A stretch of 64,000 bases of DNA from positions 558,001-622,000 of the forward strand of contig CAXHJY010000001.1 of NCBI GenBank assembly GCA_964016885.1. Direction: 5' to 3'. This DNA comes from Eledone cirrhosa. Lineage: Eukaryota. Numbering within the stretch: position 1 is the first letter of the stretch; every line of letters begins with the position of its first letter. The position numbers were made by a program, and so were the translations under genes. Under the pieces are notes generated by a model. It made no database searches. It had not been told where the DNA came from and saw only the letters and a list, made by a program, of their open reading frames with translations. This document shows positions 63,443-64,000 of this stretch, one piece after another.

Positions 63443-63654
63443 GACAACAGCAGGTGTAACATACAGAGAGGTGTAACAAACAGCGAGATGTAACACAGCG
63501 ACAGGTGTGTGTTCCAATGAAGTGTGTTGTGTAGTATAGCTTAGTCTGTAGCTTAATATATTGAAACAAAACAACATCAGGTGTAACATAGAGACAGGTG
63601 TATGTTCTAGTGGAGGATGTGCTGCTGGTTATGAAGGTAGCAACTGTCAGAGAG
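63443..63654 (+). pseudogene. Partial EGF exon fragments
   Basis: 3' halves of the exon, the last followed by GTAAGT. Confidence 0.65.
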
Positions 63655-63670
63655 GTAAGTAGTATAGTAA

Positions 63671-64000
63671 TTAAACTTCCTATTACCATATTTCTAATGA
63701 AAGACACTGTATATGTCATTAACCCTTTCATTACCATATTTCTAATGAAAGACACTGTCTATGTCATTAACCCTTTCATTACCATATTTCTAATGAAGGA
63801 CACTGTATATGTCATTAACCCTTTCATTACCATATTTCTAATGAAGGACACTGTATATGTCATTAACCCCTTCATTACCATATTTCTAATGAAAGACACT
63901 CTATGTCATTAACCCTTTCATTACCATATTTCTAATGAAAGACACTGTCTATGTCATTAACCCTTTCATTACCATATTTCTAATGAAGGACACTGTATAT
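63671..64000. repeat. 48-bp tandem repeat running off the window
   Basis: TTAACCCTTTCATTACCATATTTCTAATGAAAGACACTGTATATGTCA. Confidence 0.95.

Overview
This is repeat-rich, AT-rich animal genomic DNA. The repeat spectrum resembles a mollusc, probably an octopus-type cephalopod (inference). One host gene runs on the + strand from about 16.98 kb to the window end, as short phase-1/phase-1 exons. They encode an EGF-like module, an F-type-lectin-like domain split over two exons, and a run of 135-138 bp EGF-like exons, several broken by stops or frameshifts. The rest is transposon-derived: an internally deleted Gypsy LTR element, several RTE LINE copies, an internally deleted Helitron, hAT/pogo/TTAA (piggyBac-like) MITEs, many tRNA-derived SINEs, a solo LTR, minisatellites, microsatellites and local duplications. 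The most striking structure is a 13.1-kb nested unit at 19690-32785. A TTAA MITE has amplified a 72-bp subterminal segment into a satellite, and two near full-length Tx1-clade LINEs sit at the same nucleotide of that repeat, resembling the Xenopus Tx1D/Tx1L system. Two minimal (Penelope-type) hammerhead ribozyme motifs and one degenerate motif were also read directly from the sequence. All calls are by eye; boundaries of degenerate repeats are approximate.
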